Of a DNA stretch of 64,000 bases, positions 49,086-62,870 are shown one piece after another (position 1 is the first letter of the stretch; the number at the start of each line of letters is the position of its first letter). The translations under genes and the position numbers were made by a program. Under the pieces are notes generated by a model, which worked only from the letters and a program-made list of their open reading frames with translations, searched no databases and was not told the DNA's origin. Source of the DNA: Basidiobolus meristosporus CBS 931.73 (Eukaryota > Fungi > Basidiobolomycota); assembly GCA_002104905.1 (NCBI GenBank), contig MCFE01000093.1, forward strand, positions 1 through 64,000. Direction: 5' to 3'.

Positions 49086-49451
49086 GAGTTCTAAAACTTC
49101 ACTGAAGGCATTGGGATAGTATTTCAAGATCTTGACATTGTAGCCTTGTCTGTCAGTGGAATCTCCACTCTGTCAACAATGGAGGCTGTGCAGGCTGTGG
49201 ATGCTGTGGTAGACAAATTGCCTTTTTCAGCAAACTTATCTACCTTGCTGGAGTGTTGCTCAACTAGCTGCGCTTCCAACTCTTGTGAAAACAGCTGTTT
49301 TCCTGTTGGTAATTCTTCTTGGCTATGATGGGATTCAGTCTGTTCCTGGCTTGCAGCATTAATTGGCATGAACTGCAGTTTTTTTTGCATGCCTCCCTGT
49401 CTCAGGCTTGGGTAGACATTTTTCCCTTTACCTTTTCCTTTATACCCTAGG

Positions 49452-51345
49452 AAAAATAATTTGGTCCCACAGGTGGATCTAATCCAGATCAGCCCTCAAG
49501 TTCCCATTTAGAGACTGTCATAACAACAGCAGCTTGGAATTAGTGATCCTTGTAACATTCTTAATGAAAGGATCATAACAATGTTTCACCAATTTTATAA
49601 CCAAATAAAGGGATAAAACTTGACAATCTTTGATTGGTGCTGTAACAATATTTGCATTGTATTGTCATGGTCGTTCAACGCTCTATTACTATTTTATGTG
49701 GATCCAGTCAGACAAGACATCTAATTGCCATATATGGCAAGAAACTTGACGGTATTTTAACGGCCTCACAGCAAGACTCTGATGGCATTATATTGGCAGT
49801 ATGATGGCCCACCACTGGTTCTGTATAAAGATACCATGCCAACTTACCAAATGGTATTTCCTTTTTCTACCTCCCCTTGTGCAATTCATATATTCCACTG
49901 TAGAGTCACCCCTCTTTATTTGCTTACTACTACTACCTTGGGTATTCCACATATAGTTTAAATCAAAAAAAACTATGGTCTCCTGCTTACTAACCTCTAC
50001 AAATGTGCACACCTGCCGCAATTGACATACTTCTATCACCTCAGCTTTACAGCTTTTTAGTGTGATACTTGCAAAGTTGCCATATAGCTTGTACTGCTGG
50101 TAACATATACATCTTGCAAACATATTCTTGGTTGTTGCCACTTCTGCCATGAATACCTCCTGAATATTGCCAATGAACTTCTTGGTATTTAGCCAATATA
50201 TGCCTTCTCCCTGCTAGATTCTAGTCCCCCTTATAGGGGCACTCTGGCTTTTGTTTGTGTGAATTCCATATTGAATGGTGTAGAAGTTGGCTTGCAACAA
50301 TGAGAAATCTGGCATATCTTGGTGGAGTTTTCCAGATAAAAATTAGTTGCTTGTTGCACTCAACCCAACTTTGCATTACTTAACTGATTACCCACACATT
50401 GGGGCTGCTTAGCTTCTTAATGCCATAGGCATAGGTGCCTCCATGTGCACATTTGTCCTCAGTAATTTACAACCTTTTCTGGCTGTCCTCCATGTGCAAA
50501 CTCATCATATCCATGATGGACTTAAAGGTAAAATTCTTGATGATATTGTGATATGGTAGTACCTGCAACTTGACTTGTCTTCCTATCTCCCCCCACATCT
50601 GCTCCATATGAAACTCCCAAAAGATGAAGCAAGGCCCAATATTCTCCGCACACCAGGCAAGATGGAGTAGAGAATAGATACAGTAGCAGCAGAGATCTAG
50701 GTGTTCAGCTTTATGTTTGTAGTATAGCCACTTGAATCCTGTCACAAACTCCTCACACAACAGCTGTAGATGCGTCAAGTTGGCATTGGTAATCCGCTTC
50801 TGGATAAATATTCCTACAATGTCCACATATGACTCCCAATGCTTCCAATGTACTCTTGATAGGAATGGCTTTGTATTGTTGCATATGTGTATGAATATCA
50901 GTTAGAGGTACTTTGCGCAGTGGATACTCTGTAATATCTTGCCAATTCTTTCAAATTTCTCCAGTATCTTGAAGGGCTCATTTAGCTTGAAATGACCCAT
51001 GTACAACTTGGTCATCAGTATAGGGATATTGTTGAAAAGCAAATGCATTGAACCCAGTGGAAAGCTTTTGGTCCAACAGATACCCTCTATCTTAAGTATC
51101 TCCAGTTTCCAATTGATTACATATTCTGGCCAATGGCTTATAGCTTGCCAACTTTGCTGTAATTGCATGCTTACTTCTTTACATTCTCTCAGTGGAAAGA
51201 TGATGTTCTTAGTGCTGGTGTTTGGGTAATAATAATATGTATGCGTTATGGAGTAAATCCTAGGATTACTGGGCTCACTTGGCTCCACAAAGTGTCCTTG
51301 GCATTTGTTTCAATGGGTGTTATCTCATTGCACATAGGTATTTGA
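49452..51345 (-). mobile_element. Inverted, internally deleted copy of the CACTA-like element
   Basis: Reverse-complement homology to 47403-49085, e.g. twin 120-aa ORFs 48387-48749 (+) and 49788-50150 (-); the catalytic core is absent. Confidence 0.8.
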
Positions 51346-51951
51346 CCACGCTTATAGATGGTACTGTTGTTAGGAGAGATAGGCTCAAAATCCATCAGTA
51401 AACCTTCTTTGTCAGAGCTATCACTCTGTGTGCCATATTCAGAAGACTAAGGTAAGCCTAAAGGCATCACAAACATACCTAACTCAGTTTGTGCAAGGTG
51501 ACAAAGACAGCCAGGTGCCAACATAGAAGTATCAACTGGCTAGCAAGATATTGTTAGTACAGTAGTGACTAATGAATGGTCAAATATGACTAGGGTGGCA
51601 AAACACTGGTCATGATCCTTGCAATACTTCCTATGCTGTCTATGTGCTTCATGGCTAAGAGGCTTCCCCAATGGCCACATGGTCTTTTTTCTTGTCTCTT
51701 ACATTGTTGAGTCAAAGTAGTCTTGTCCGTGGGGTAAACAGTTTGATCTTCAACAAGGTAATGCTATTATGTCACTTTTTGGTCAACACTCATGTGAACT
51801 TAAGACAGTCTTGTATATGAGACATTGCACCTACATGAATGTAAGATTCAATGATGACCCGCCATGGTAAGCATTATAAATAAAGTTGTGGCACCAAATA
51901 CACATGTATATGTAACATCACTCCCCTTTAGTTTGACTCACATCCATATAT

Positions 51952-53670
51952 ATGCTGCCAAAAAATAAAGCAAAGTTGTCTGGTTCTCAAGCAAGCCCCA
52001 CAGCTGATGGCAACAGAAGAACAGTTGGACAACAGCTTGCTTTGACATTCAGTGCAACATGCAGGGCTATATCAAAAAAAGACCCTGTGGACAGTGTGCC
52101 CATTGAAGGTGATAATGCAGACTCCTCAGGCTCTCAGTCAAGTAGGAAATTGAGAACCTCTGTAGAGCCACAAGCTGACTGTTATGCTCAGGCAGATGAG
52201 AATGTAGCAAACACAGTACCCTCAGTTGAAGATCAGCAAGTGGCCATGATATCATCACCACCACCCATATTAGCAAGTATGCTGTCAGCTCATACTGAAG
52301 GATTAATGAAGCAATTAGGTGCAGTGGCTGATAGGATAGATGCAATGGCCCAGAGAAATCAGGAAATATTCCAGAAACAGGATGAGTTGATAATACATGT
52401 AGTGCAAACAATATCCCAGGTAGAGAAAGCAGTATTTTTGCTGCAAATCAAAGAACTCAAGTAGCTCAATGTCACAGCCAAGAATTGAGCCATTTCCCAA
52501 TGTAACAGAAGAGGAACTCCATACAGTCTTTGAAGCACAAAAACAGTGCCCAAAGATAAAGCCCACAGAAAAACCTATCACAGTGTGGGAGGGAGAGAAT
52601 GTGGATGTTTATACCAAAGCCTAAAAGTCAAAAGACATTGAAGATCTGTGAAGCCGTTGAGTGCAATAATGAAGAGTGGGCTAATATACAAGAGGCCATC
52701 AGAGTCTAGCATGCCATCACCTTAAGGCCGGCACAACGTGGGACCATCAGGAACTTAAGGCTAAGCAGAAAACACTTGACTTGTTCCATGAGCATTACCC
52801 TGGATTCAAATAGGCCATTGGATTTTGCGCCAGCATTGGTATACTAAGAAAGTATCTTAAGAGTAGCAGAAACTATCAAAGGCAGACAGAACAAGGGTGC
52901 CATGGCTAAAAACCAGTGGCTTCCTCAAGAGCTCATTACAAGCAGGGACAAAAGCTCCAGAAAAGCATCAAAGAGATGTCAGGTGGCTGGAAGAGTGCCA
53001 ATTAGGGACAAGCAGGCAGACATGGATGCACCAGCACAACATTATTAAGGAAAAAGTGTAGTACCACTCAAGAAGCACCCAGTCAAAGTAGCAGTGAAGG
53101 ACCAGGCAGTGATGAAAACCAGTTGCTTTTATAGGAGCCTGTCACAACTACAGTTGGGAGCTTAAAACAAGCAGAAAAGAAACATCAGGTTGCCAGAAGA
53201 GTACCAGCAAGGGACAAGCAGGCCAAAACAGGTGCGTCAGAGCAGAATTTATCTAGGTGAAAGCATAGTTTTTTATAAGAAGCACTCAGACAAAGTAGCA
53301 ATGAAAGACCTGGCAGTGATAAAGGAAAAGGTACAGGGAGAAATGTCTACCCAAGCCTGAGACAGGGAGGCATGCAAGAAAAACTGCAGTTCTCGCCAAT
53401 TAATGCCACAAGCCAGGATCAGACTGAATCCCATCATAGCCAAGAAGAACTACTAGCAAGAAAACAGCTGTTTTCACAAGAATTGGAAGCACAGCCAGTT
53501 GAGCTACACTCCAGCAAGGTAGATGAGTTTGCTGAAAAAGGCAATTTGTCTACCACAGCTTCCACAGCCTCCATTGTTGACAGAGTGGAGATTCCACTGA
53601 CAGACAAGGCTACAAGGTCAAGAGCTTGAAATACTATCACAATGCCTTCAGTGGAGTTTTGGAACATTAA
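51952..53670 (+). pseudogene. Decayed ORF, probably a transposon accessory gene (second ORF of the CACTA-like element)
   Basis: 170-aa open start with a coiled-coil-like end, then stop-interrupted protein-like frames (LKAGTTWDHQ..LFHEHYPGFK*AIGF..LRKYLK). Its 3' part is repeated inverted at 49085-49440 and 57520-57700. Confidence 0.5.
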
Positions 53671-54344
53671 TATGCACACCAAGAGGTTGCAGCACTTCTT
53701 CAGGAGCAGTGCTCAAGAAAAAGCACTAGAATATTACACGGATTTATTGCAATGACTGGCAGATGAGGAGCTAGACCTTGCAGTGCTGACTGAAGACCAG
53801 GATGTGTGGGAACCAGTGAATGAACAGTGGCATAAAGCCATTTGGTTCCCACCAAAGTTGTGGAACCAGAGTGTCACAGCAGATATTCATATTGGGTGGT
53901 GGAACTTAATGGAGTTACTTGTTGAGTGTGGGGTTGGGCTTAATGTTAGTGTAGGGTATAGAGACTTGTATAGGTCAGAGCAATTGGCAATTGAGGTACA
54001 ACTGAAGTTTCAACAGAAATTAATCAGTTTGTATGTATGAAAAGTAAGAGAAACAGCTGAGTAAGGTAGTAAGGAGTATGAAAAAGAGGCAATAACCAAT
54101 CAATACACACAAACATAGGAGGCAATAGAGTGTCTGAGACCAGAAGCAAGCAAATTGTCAGGGAACCAATCAAAAGCCACTTATACGTTGTTGCAATGAA
54201 AAATTTTGACTACGTTTTTGTGAGATCTGGGGTGCAATCTTTTTTCAATGGTCTTTTGACAGTTTCCCCACAAGATCAGTACCTCTTGGTCACAGGACTT
54301 TAACTTTGTGATGGCCTTTTGACACAATCATCTCAACAATTTCT

Positions 54345-54440
54345 CATAGGGTATAGTGCTAGATAGTGCCATAGAGTGACAGATTAATCCAGCACTATAA
54401 ACAGGTTGGCACTATGTGGCATTATCCAATGGAACAAGTC
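54345..54440 (+). mobile_element. Orphan right end of a PIF/Harbinger-like element (subterminal repeats + TIR)
   Basis: Inverted homolog of 61446-61535; ATAGTGC/GCACTAT repeats; ends CAATGGAACAAGTC and abuts the truncated copia RT. Confidence 0.7.
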
Positions 54441-57400
54441 TACTGAGTTCTCCTATATTGGACATCTTGAACTCTGTAGATAGGTAGGATTTAGTCTCTT
54501 CCAATGTTGCTAGGCTATTGGCAGTTATAATAAGGTCATCCACATATATAGCTAATAGAACTGGATTTGCTCTATCTTGCATATGGTAAATACTTCAGTC
54601 AGCATTACTCCTTATGAAACTCAGAGATTCCAAATCAGAGCCTATCTTGAAATTCCTGACTCTTGGTGATTGTTTGAGACCTTATAGAGATCTTTTAAGC
54701 TTGCAGACCAAATGGGATCTATCCTAGTCCAGAAACCCATCACACTGGTCTATATTCACATCCTAATCAAGTTCTCCATTCAAAAATGCAGTTTTTGCAT
54801 CCATTTGATGTATAACTAACTTTTATTTAGCTGCAATAGCCGATATCAATCTGATGGAATTAAACTTGGCTACTAGTGCAAAGGTCTCAGTATAGTCAAG
54901 CCCTTTTGTTTGAGAGCATCATTTGGCCACAAGTCTTGCTTTGTATCTTTCAGTAGTACCATTGGAAGTGTATTTTGTCTTGAAAACCTATCTGCATCCA
55001 ACTGATTTTTGGTTGATTGGTAATTTGACTAAGTCCCCAGTTTGATTTTCCATCAGGGCCTTATATTTCTTAGTTGTTGCAGATCTCCAAAACTTTGTCT
55101 GAGAGCTATGTAGTGCCTCTTTTACAGTCTGAGGCTCAACAATATGGACTGAATTGGCACAGGCTAAGTGTGTACCCTCAATGATATAGTAATTTGGCTA
55201 TTTCTTGTCCAGTTAGATTTCCAGGCATTTGATACTGGAATGATCACTTCTGTGATATTCCTTGGTGCTGATTCAGACTGAACCATAGTTGTAAAGTTCT
55301 CTGAGTCCAATATTTTTCATTGTTTTGCCTCAATTCAGTCCTGACTATTGGCACACCTGAGATCAAATTGTTGTCATCTTCAAATGCCATTTTGAGCAAA
55401 AATCTTACATTTTCACCAAACAACACATCTCTGGACTTGATCAGCTTCTTTGCTTTGGTATTGTAGAGTCTGCATGCTTTACTCTCATTGCAGTAGCCCA
55501 AAATATGCATTTTACACTTTTTGGCAAATATTTTGACTAATTTTTGGACAGTTTTTTGGCACATGCTGTGTACCCAAATATTCTTAAATTTTCTGCATTG
55601 GTTTGTGTTTACAACATGCCTCAGATGGAGTGGAATCACAAAGTACTCTGTTATAACTCATATTTGTAAAGTATATAGCTGTGGCAACTGATTCCACCCC
55701 ATAATCATAGAATAATATTTGATCAAGGATCATAGATCTTGCAATATTAGTTATTGATCTGTTAGCATGCTGCTACTCCATTTTGCTGTGGGGAGTATGG
55801 TATTGTAGTCTCTTGCTTTATCCCATGAACTTTGCAGAAGTGGATGATGAGTTTTGAGGAATATTCTCCACCATTGTCAGAGCATGTTTTCTTGATTCTT
55901 TCATCAGTTTCTCTCTCCACCATGGCGTTAAACTCCCTCAACTTGGACAGAGCTTCTTCCTTTCTCTCCATGAAGTAGACCCATGTGTATCCTTGCGCAA
56001 ACTAATCAAAATAGATATGTCCAAATCTCCTGTGCCAAAGCATTGGTATTTCTTCATTCAAGTTACTTATATTGGCTTCCAGATATGCTGCAACATAAAT
56101 CAGCCTATGCAAAATCTGATCTATGATACCCAAAGCAATATTAGCACCATTTGGATCAGTGATCCTGCATCCAGAATTGTTAAAGCTGAAACTGAGTCCT
56201 TCTGCAGTGGCCTTACTTACAGATAGTAGGTTCTTGTCTATTTCTGGAACATATAGTACTTCCTTCAAGGTCAGTGGATGGCTTCCTTCACTGCTTTTAG
56301 GGATTATTTGGATAATTTCTTCTCCCATTGCCTCAGGTGTTCTATTGTAGCCCATGAAAATCTTGTTAAGTGGAATTTCTCAATATTGGGTAATAAGCTC
56401 TTTTTGGTGTTTAAAGTGTTGAGATGATCCAGAGCCAATGTACCCTGTCTGAGAACTCTTGTTTGTGGTCATATTTTGATTGCCTTTAAAAGGTCTTACG
56501 TACATGATTTGTTGGTTATCACTGCTTTTTAAAGCATTTTTTCCTTCCTTCTTATTGGCCCACAACTTTCTTGAATCTTCATCCAGGAGCCTGCTATATA
56601 TATAATTTAAGGTCATATCTTCAGATCTAGACTCTAAGGCTGATACAAGGCCCTGAAACCTGTCTTCCAGGCTATTCAGAATGGTTACTATCACATCTTC
56701 ATCAGTAGTTGGTACACCCACAGATTATATCTCACCCACCAGCAGGGTAATTCCATTAATTAGATTTTCATCTCTTCTCCTGGCAGCATCCTTGTAGTAA
56801 AGAATTCTTGTCCAAGATACATTTTCTTGGCAGCTGAACATAACTGGTAAATGTCTTCTAATGCCTTCCAGGCATTCTTTGCCATTTTTGCTCTTGAGCA
56901 ATAAATCAGCAGCTTGTCCTTGACATTGAGACAAATGCATTTAAAGGCACTTTGTTCTTTCTTCTGGTATATTAAGGCTTCTGCTCCCACATTTTTAGGA
57001 GGGCATTATTCTCCCCTGACAATATCCCAAAGGCCTTTTTCTTGTAGCAGCATCTTCATCTTCACTGTCCACACTTGATAGTTGGATACATCCAGCCTTT
57101 CAGCAGAGGGAGAAGCTCCAGTACTAGCAGTAGTAGCCATTACAAAGAGTGACACCTTAGGGCTCATAACCTGCTGTAGGAGTCTTGGAGACTTTGGAAG
57201 TAATTGGGAGAACAAGTAGATTATGTGGTGTTCACTTAATAATTTATTGAATGTAAAATTAGTATATATACTTTTACCTGATATTGGCATTACAAGCACA
57301 TAGAATAGGTTAAGGAAGGTCCCAAGAACATGTGTGCAAAGTTTGGGGCTGCTTGAATAACTTTCAGAATTTTCATGTTTTGGGTACCTGATATTAGGGT

Positions 57401-57515
57401 AAAAAAATTGTAAGTAAGTCCCAGCAAGGATTTTGGTCAGTATTCTCTAGGATTTGAAGGGAAGAATCTAAGTGACCAAGTTAGGTGAATATTTAGGTGG
57501 AATTACAAAGTTGTC
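54441..57515 (-). mobile_element. Second copia copy, heavily decayed, 3'-truncated within RT
   Basis: 5' LTR ~57515-57172, perfect PBS at 57171-57160, then gag, pre-integrase, integrase and RT remnants with internal deletions; no RNase H or 3' LTR. Confidence 0.9.
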
Positions 57516-57519
57516 CAGA

Positions 57520-58310
57520 AATTCCACTCTAGGCACTGTGAGAGTCTTCTGGGCTCTTGATGTTGTTACTTAGTCTGTTGGTGGGATTTCCACCCTGTCT
57601 ACAACAGAGGACATGGAGTCTGTAGTAGCCATAGTGCCTTTCTGTTCAAACTCATCTACCTCACAGGAGCTAAGCTCAACAGGCTGTGCTTCCAACTCTT
57701 GACCTTATGAAAAATAATTTTAGTGATCCCATCAAAAGGCCTTCACAAAACTAAAATCCCATGACAAAGAGGCATTGAACCATCAGGACACCATGAAAAA
57801 CTGTTAAAAAACTGCACCCCAGATTTCACAAGAAATGTAGTCAAGATTTTTCATCACAATACATAAGTGGCGTTTAACTGGCTCTCTGCCAATTCTCTCA
57901 TTTTCTGCTCCCTGATATTCAATCATTTCCTACATTTGTGTACATTGATTCAATATTACCTCTTTTTCACACTCTTTGCTTCCTGACTCAGCCAATGCTC
58001 TCACTTTAGATGCATGCAGATTGATTTATTTCTGTTGAAACATCAGTTCTTCCTCAATTATCAATTGCACTGACCTATGCTAGTCCCAATACCCAACACT
58101 AACATTAAGCCCAATACCATACTATACAAGTTGCTTCATTAAAATCTGCTATGCAAAAAGCATTTCTGCAGTAATGCCCTTTTTCCATGACTTTGGTTGG
58201 AGCCTACAGCTTTATGCCACTGTTCATTCACTGGTTATTGTATATCCTGGTCTTCAGCAAGGCACTGCAAGGTATTGCACTTCATCTGCTAATCATTGCA
58301 ATAAATCCTT
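57520..58310 (-). repeat. Inverted copy of the 53470-54330 repeat sequence
   Basis: Reverse-complement homology, e.g. AAAAACTGCACCCCAGATTTCACAAG vs GTGAGATCTGGGGTGCAATCTTTTTT. Confidence 0.7.
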
Positions 58311-61300
58311 GCAATATTCAGGTGCATTTTCTTCAAGACCGCACTTGAAAAAGTGCTGCAACCATTGGGTATGACTATTATTGTATTATATAAGGATTTC
58401 TTGATAGAATCAAAGGACTGAGACTGTTCCTCATTCCATGCAAATGGCAGATTTTTCTGGGTGAGCTCTGTCAAGGGAGTGACTATCTTGGAGTAGCTGG
58501 CAATGAATCCATGGTTGAAGTTGGCAAATGTAAGGAAGAGTTGCACTTGTTTTATGGAACAGGGCATTTTCCAAGACTGGATGACTTCTACTTTGTTGGG
58601 ACTCATTCTTGTCCCATTTAGGCTTATAAGAAAACCTAGGAACTCAACTTCTTTCTAGTCACACTCACATATGTCCAGCTTGCCAAAGTGACCATATTGT
58701 GTTCTGAAGGCAGTTTTCCATTCATTGCCAAGCTTGATCCTAACAAGGTTATAAGCTCCTCTTAGATCAATTTTGACAAAAACTATGGCAGCAGAGAGTT
58801 GGTCCAACAGGGTGTTAATCAGGGGTAAAGGGTAGCAATTCTTGATTATAATCTTATTCAATGCACATTAGACTACACATATCCTAAGGGTACCATCCTT
58901 TTTTTGACAAAGAGGATTGGGGCACCAGCTGGGGACTTGCAGCGATGAATAAAGCCTCCCTGAGGGTGTTCTTTCATATAGCTATGGAGTACTTTCAGCT
59001 CAGGCTGTGAGAGGTTGCAGATAGGGCTAAAAGGTGGAGTTTTTCCATCTTCAAGGTCAATGAGACAATCAAAGGGTCTATGTGATGGGAGTGGTTCTGC
59101 TTTCTTCTAATCAAAGATATGACAAAACTCTTGATACTTGGCAGGTATTTCATGGGACAGGGTTCCTTCAGTGATGATGGGCTCCTGTGTCTGAGGTAGC
59201 TTGGAAATGATAATTTTCACATGAGAAGTCAGGTGTTTTCACAGAGTTGACATGATGGACTCTGGGGAATGTCAGGGTTTTGGTCTTTTAGTTAATAGCT
59301 GGGTTATGGTGTCTAAGCCAAGGACTTCCAAGAACTATAGGATAGTGGGGAGAGTTGATGATGTTGAAGGCTAATACCTCTTGCTGACCAGTACTGGACA
59401 GCTGGAGTAGATATGTCTCATGGGAAATGGCACCAGAGGAAAGAGATCTTCCATCAATGACTTCTACTAAGACATGAGAAGACATGATTTCTAGATAATG
59501 TGGATTTTGTGCGTCTGGACAAAGGTCTGGTCAATGCAACAGGATGAAGCACCAGAATCTACAAGGGCACAAACATGGACAGGACTGGATTCAGGGATAT
59601 GGATGTTAACAGGTATTCTTAAGGACTGGATGGACTTGGTAGCATATGATGTTTCTTGAATGTGTTGAATTTTCATTAGATGGTCCAGTTGCAAGCCTGT
59701 GTTTGTAACTAGACACTGAAGTTTCCCTACAGTTTTGAAGAAGGCTCTTCACTGGATGATTGCAGGAGTTTGAAGCTGAACCTCTTGTTAGGACAAGACT
59801 TGGCAAAGTGGCCTGGTTGGTCATAGTAAAGGCAGAGATCAGCCTGTGGACATCTGAATCTATCTTCTTTTGTAGGTTTCTTGTATTTTGCACTGTCAAT
59901 TTGCATAGAATCATCAGGCTTAGTACTGGGTGATTGATTTACTGGGAAGGATGTTGGCTGATAAGTGTGTTGGAACTTCTGTTTCTTCTGGAAAAGGCAA
60001 TTGTCACATTTGATTGCTTGATTTATAGCTTCACACAAAGTAGTTGGGTCAGGGAGTATGAGTAGTAAGTCACTGAGCTCAGCATTGAGTCCATCTCGCA
60101 ACTAACTAGTAAGAGCAGCATTACCCCAAAGGCTCAAATCACTGGCTAGTAGCCAGAATTCAGAAGCATACACAGATGCAGGTCTGTTTCCTTGCTTCAA
60201 GTTCTTGATCTTGTTGACAGCAGTTCTGGCTTGGTCAATGTTGCCAAATGCAGGCTCCATCTCTGTGAGGAAGGCACAGTAGTCACTGCATAGAGGGGAG
60301 TTGGTTTCCACCAGAGGGTAGAAACATTTCTAGGCAGTTCCAGTGCGCAGGTTACAGATATAACCAGCTTTTGCTAGATCTGTTGGTAACCAATTAGGTT
60401 GTAGCAACAAGCAGTGTTTGAATGTGTTGATGAAACCTTGGAACTCTTTTTGAGAGCATTAAACCTGGTAGTGCAGGTGATCTTGAGATCATAGCAGGAG
60501 GGAGTATGGAGAGGCTGTTGAGTATTTTGGCTCTGAAGATAAGCAAAAGAGTTTTGGATGATCTGCATTATCTTGTTGCAGTTGGGCAAAGGCAGCCATG
60601 AGGCTTGCAAAGTTGTACTCTGGACTGGACATATTGGGGTAGCAGGAGGTGGAGAGGCTTCTTCAGCTTGTTCAGGAATACTAGATACTACTATGCTAAT
60701 ATGTGGGTTAAAAAGCCACTAGTATGTCAAGAATGCAATTATGAGCCACAATCCCCAACTTTGAATAAGTTAGTGTTACTTCAGATGGTACTGGCTTTAA
60801 TGTCCTTTGATAGGGTAGTGTTTTAAAGCTTCCAAAACTGTAACAGCTGTAAACTACACCAGCAGGGTAATAAAGTCAATGCAACTTTGTCCAATAATTT
60901 ACAAAGATGAAGTATCTTTGCCTTTAAAGGACAAAACTTGGGAATGATTCAGGGTGATACTTATGCTAGGTATTCCTTTACAAGCTCTTCTCAAGAATCT
61001 TGGGTAGAAGGCAGAGATCCACAGGTAAGACAAGAGCAGTCTGATAAAGCTGTTATGAATAGACACAAGGCAGGAAAGTGGAGCTTGGCAAGGTAGGGCC
61101 AGGAGGGGATTTGGGTATGGATTAATAAGGCAAGGCAGATTTCCAAGGCAAGGCTGTTTATTCAAGACCTATGTTTACCAGCCTGAGGAGTACATAAGGG
61201 GATAGAACTACAAATACTTTTTGGCAATATGGATGCCAAGTGATATTGGCTAATATTGATGGGGTTCTTAGGTGAGACATAGTGCGAGTGCAAGATCAAT

Positions 61301-61444
61301 ATATACTAAAGATCAGACTAGAGCATCACATGGAGATATGCCAAGAGTCAGCTGATCATGTGACTAGTACATGCAACATGTAATCATCATATATGGTATT
61401 AAGCTACTTAAATTTCAAGGGGAAGCTTCTGTAGATTGTGCATT
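58310..61444 (-). mobile_element. Ty3/gypsy (Tf1/chromovirus-like) retrotransposon, decayed, 3'-truncated
   Basis: Partial 5' LTR 61444-61051, gag (AFGNIDQ..IKNLKQG..SVYASEF), knuckle remnant CLYYDQPGHFAKSC, protease [63 protein letters not shown]. Gypsy domain order PR-RT-RH. Confidence 0.92.
61037..61048 (-). promoter_or_regulatory. Gypsy PBS of self-priming type
   Basis: TTTATCAGACTG, 2 nt downstream of the LTR, is complementary to CAGTCTGATAAA in the LTR (45286-45297; 2 substitutions in the element's own LTR at 61185-61174). Confidence 0.7.
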
Positions 61445-61445
61445 A

Positions 61446-62511
61446 GACTTGTTCCGTTGAATAGTGCCACATAGTGCCAGCCTGTTTATAGTGCCGGAGC
61501 AATCTGGCACCCTACAGCACTATCTGGCACTATAATTTCTACCATGATGCCAGTGGTATGATACAGTTACTTGGTAATTTTACTCAATCTTATTTATGTT
61601 GCTCAGAATAGTGCTTTACTTGCTTTATTTACTCTTCACAATGCTCCAGACACATTTCTCTCAGTGGATGTCTTCTTGTATGAGCACACTGTGCATTAAT
61701 AAGTATCTTAAATATTTTACCTAATCTGCTGTTTTCACTATATATGACTTTCCTCTGTATTTACCTGCCAATATGCTGAATCTCTTCAGATATCCAAATG
61801 TGTGCCCTACTCTCACTCTGAAATGATTAAATATCTCATTGTAGAGCTTCTGCTTACTGCCAAGCACACCATTCTTTGGCTTCCTATAAGCTGTAATACA
61901 TCCTAATCTGTGACAATCCTCTCCTATATAGGCTAAGTCTGCCAGACATTTCTCCCCACTACTGAATTCAGGATGATTCTCTACCCAGAGTGCTTTGCCA
62001 TGCCTACTTCCAGCAAATGGCCCACTAAACCAGATGATGTTACCCTCAATGTCAGACAGTGCTTGAAACTTCACACAGTGTGCCTTGTACTTGCCAGAAT
62101 AAAAGTGCCTCTGCCCTCTAGAAGATCTGTTAATCCTCACTGGGAAGGTTTCCAAAATACTCCTTATATGGAACCTGTTGCTGAACACTCTGGGATATGG
62201 AAGTCTATTGGAGCTTCTGAACCTAGTATTCCAAGCTTACTCCAAGTCATTCATACCCTCTGCAAGGTGGTTCTCCATTGCTGTCAGCTGGGAATGAAAG
62301 CTTCTAGGACTTTTGTTGCCACGGATGGTGGGATGAAACCTGTGGGGCAATAGTTCTTGTAATAGCAGAGAAGCTTAACAAGGGATCTCCTTGAGTAGAT
62401 TGGGGTTGATGGTCCACAGTACTTGGAATAGATATCCTCTAGTGTGTCAAAAGGAAATTCAGTAGTAGTGATGGGATTGATGAGAAAAGACCATTCGGAT
62501 GAGTAATTCAT
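61446..62511 (-). mobile_element. PIF/Harbinger (DDE_Tnp_4-type) transposon end and decayed transposase
   Basis: FYSGKYKAHCVKFQAL..GPFAGSRH..CLADLAYIG..YRKP..YNEIFNHFRVRVGHTFGYLKRFSIL; TIR GACTTGTTCCGTTG preceded by TTA; ATAGTGCC repeats. Confidence 0.85.
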
Positions 62512-62870
62512 ATCAAAATTGGTGGATGATTGTATGGAGGTGGTTTGAATTGATTTGGCATGATCTGCGTTATTTAGCAGATTTTTAATGCACTATGATT
62601 AAATCACCATCAATTACCCTGTATCCCATCATTATGTTGTAAAAATCATCCACAAACAATGCCTTGGTACTTTTGTTGATGCTTTACTCATAGGACTATG
62701 ATCAAATAGGAAATCTGCAATTGATGTGATCTGATCCGTGTCAACAGGATCCAAGATGCATCATGCATAATATATGGAAAATTCAACAATCACATTAGCT
62801 TTCATATATATTTGATATAAGACCAGGTTGATGCCAGTATACTGCTGTATAAGTATCCAAATCCATTGCT

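Noticed and set aside
51556-51567. CACTACTG (minus strand) as a CACTA terminal inverted repeat
   Set aside because: No partner TIR or 3-bp TSD found; an 8-mer can occur by chance.
52778-52790. GACTTGTTCCAT resembling the Harbinger TIR
   Set aside because: Lies inside a coding-like frame (LDLFH) and lacks the ATAGTGCC subterminal repeats.
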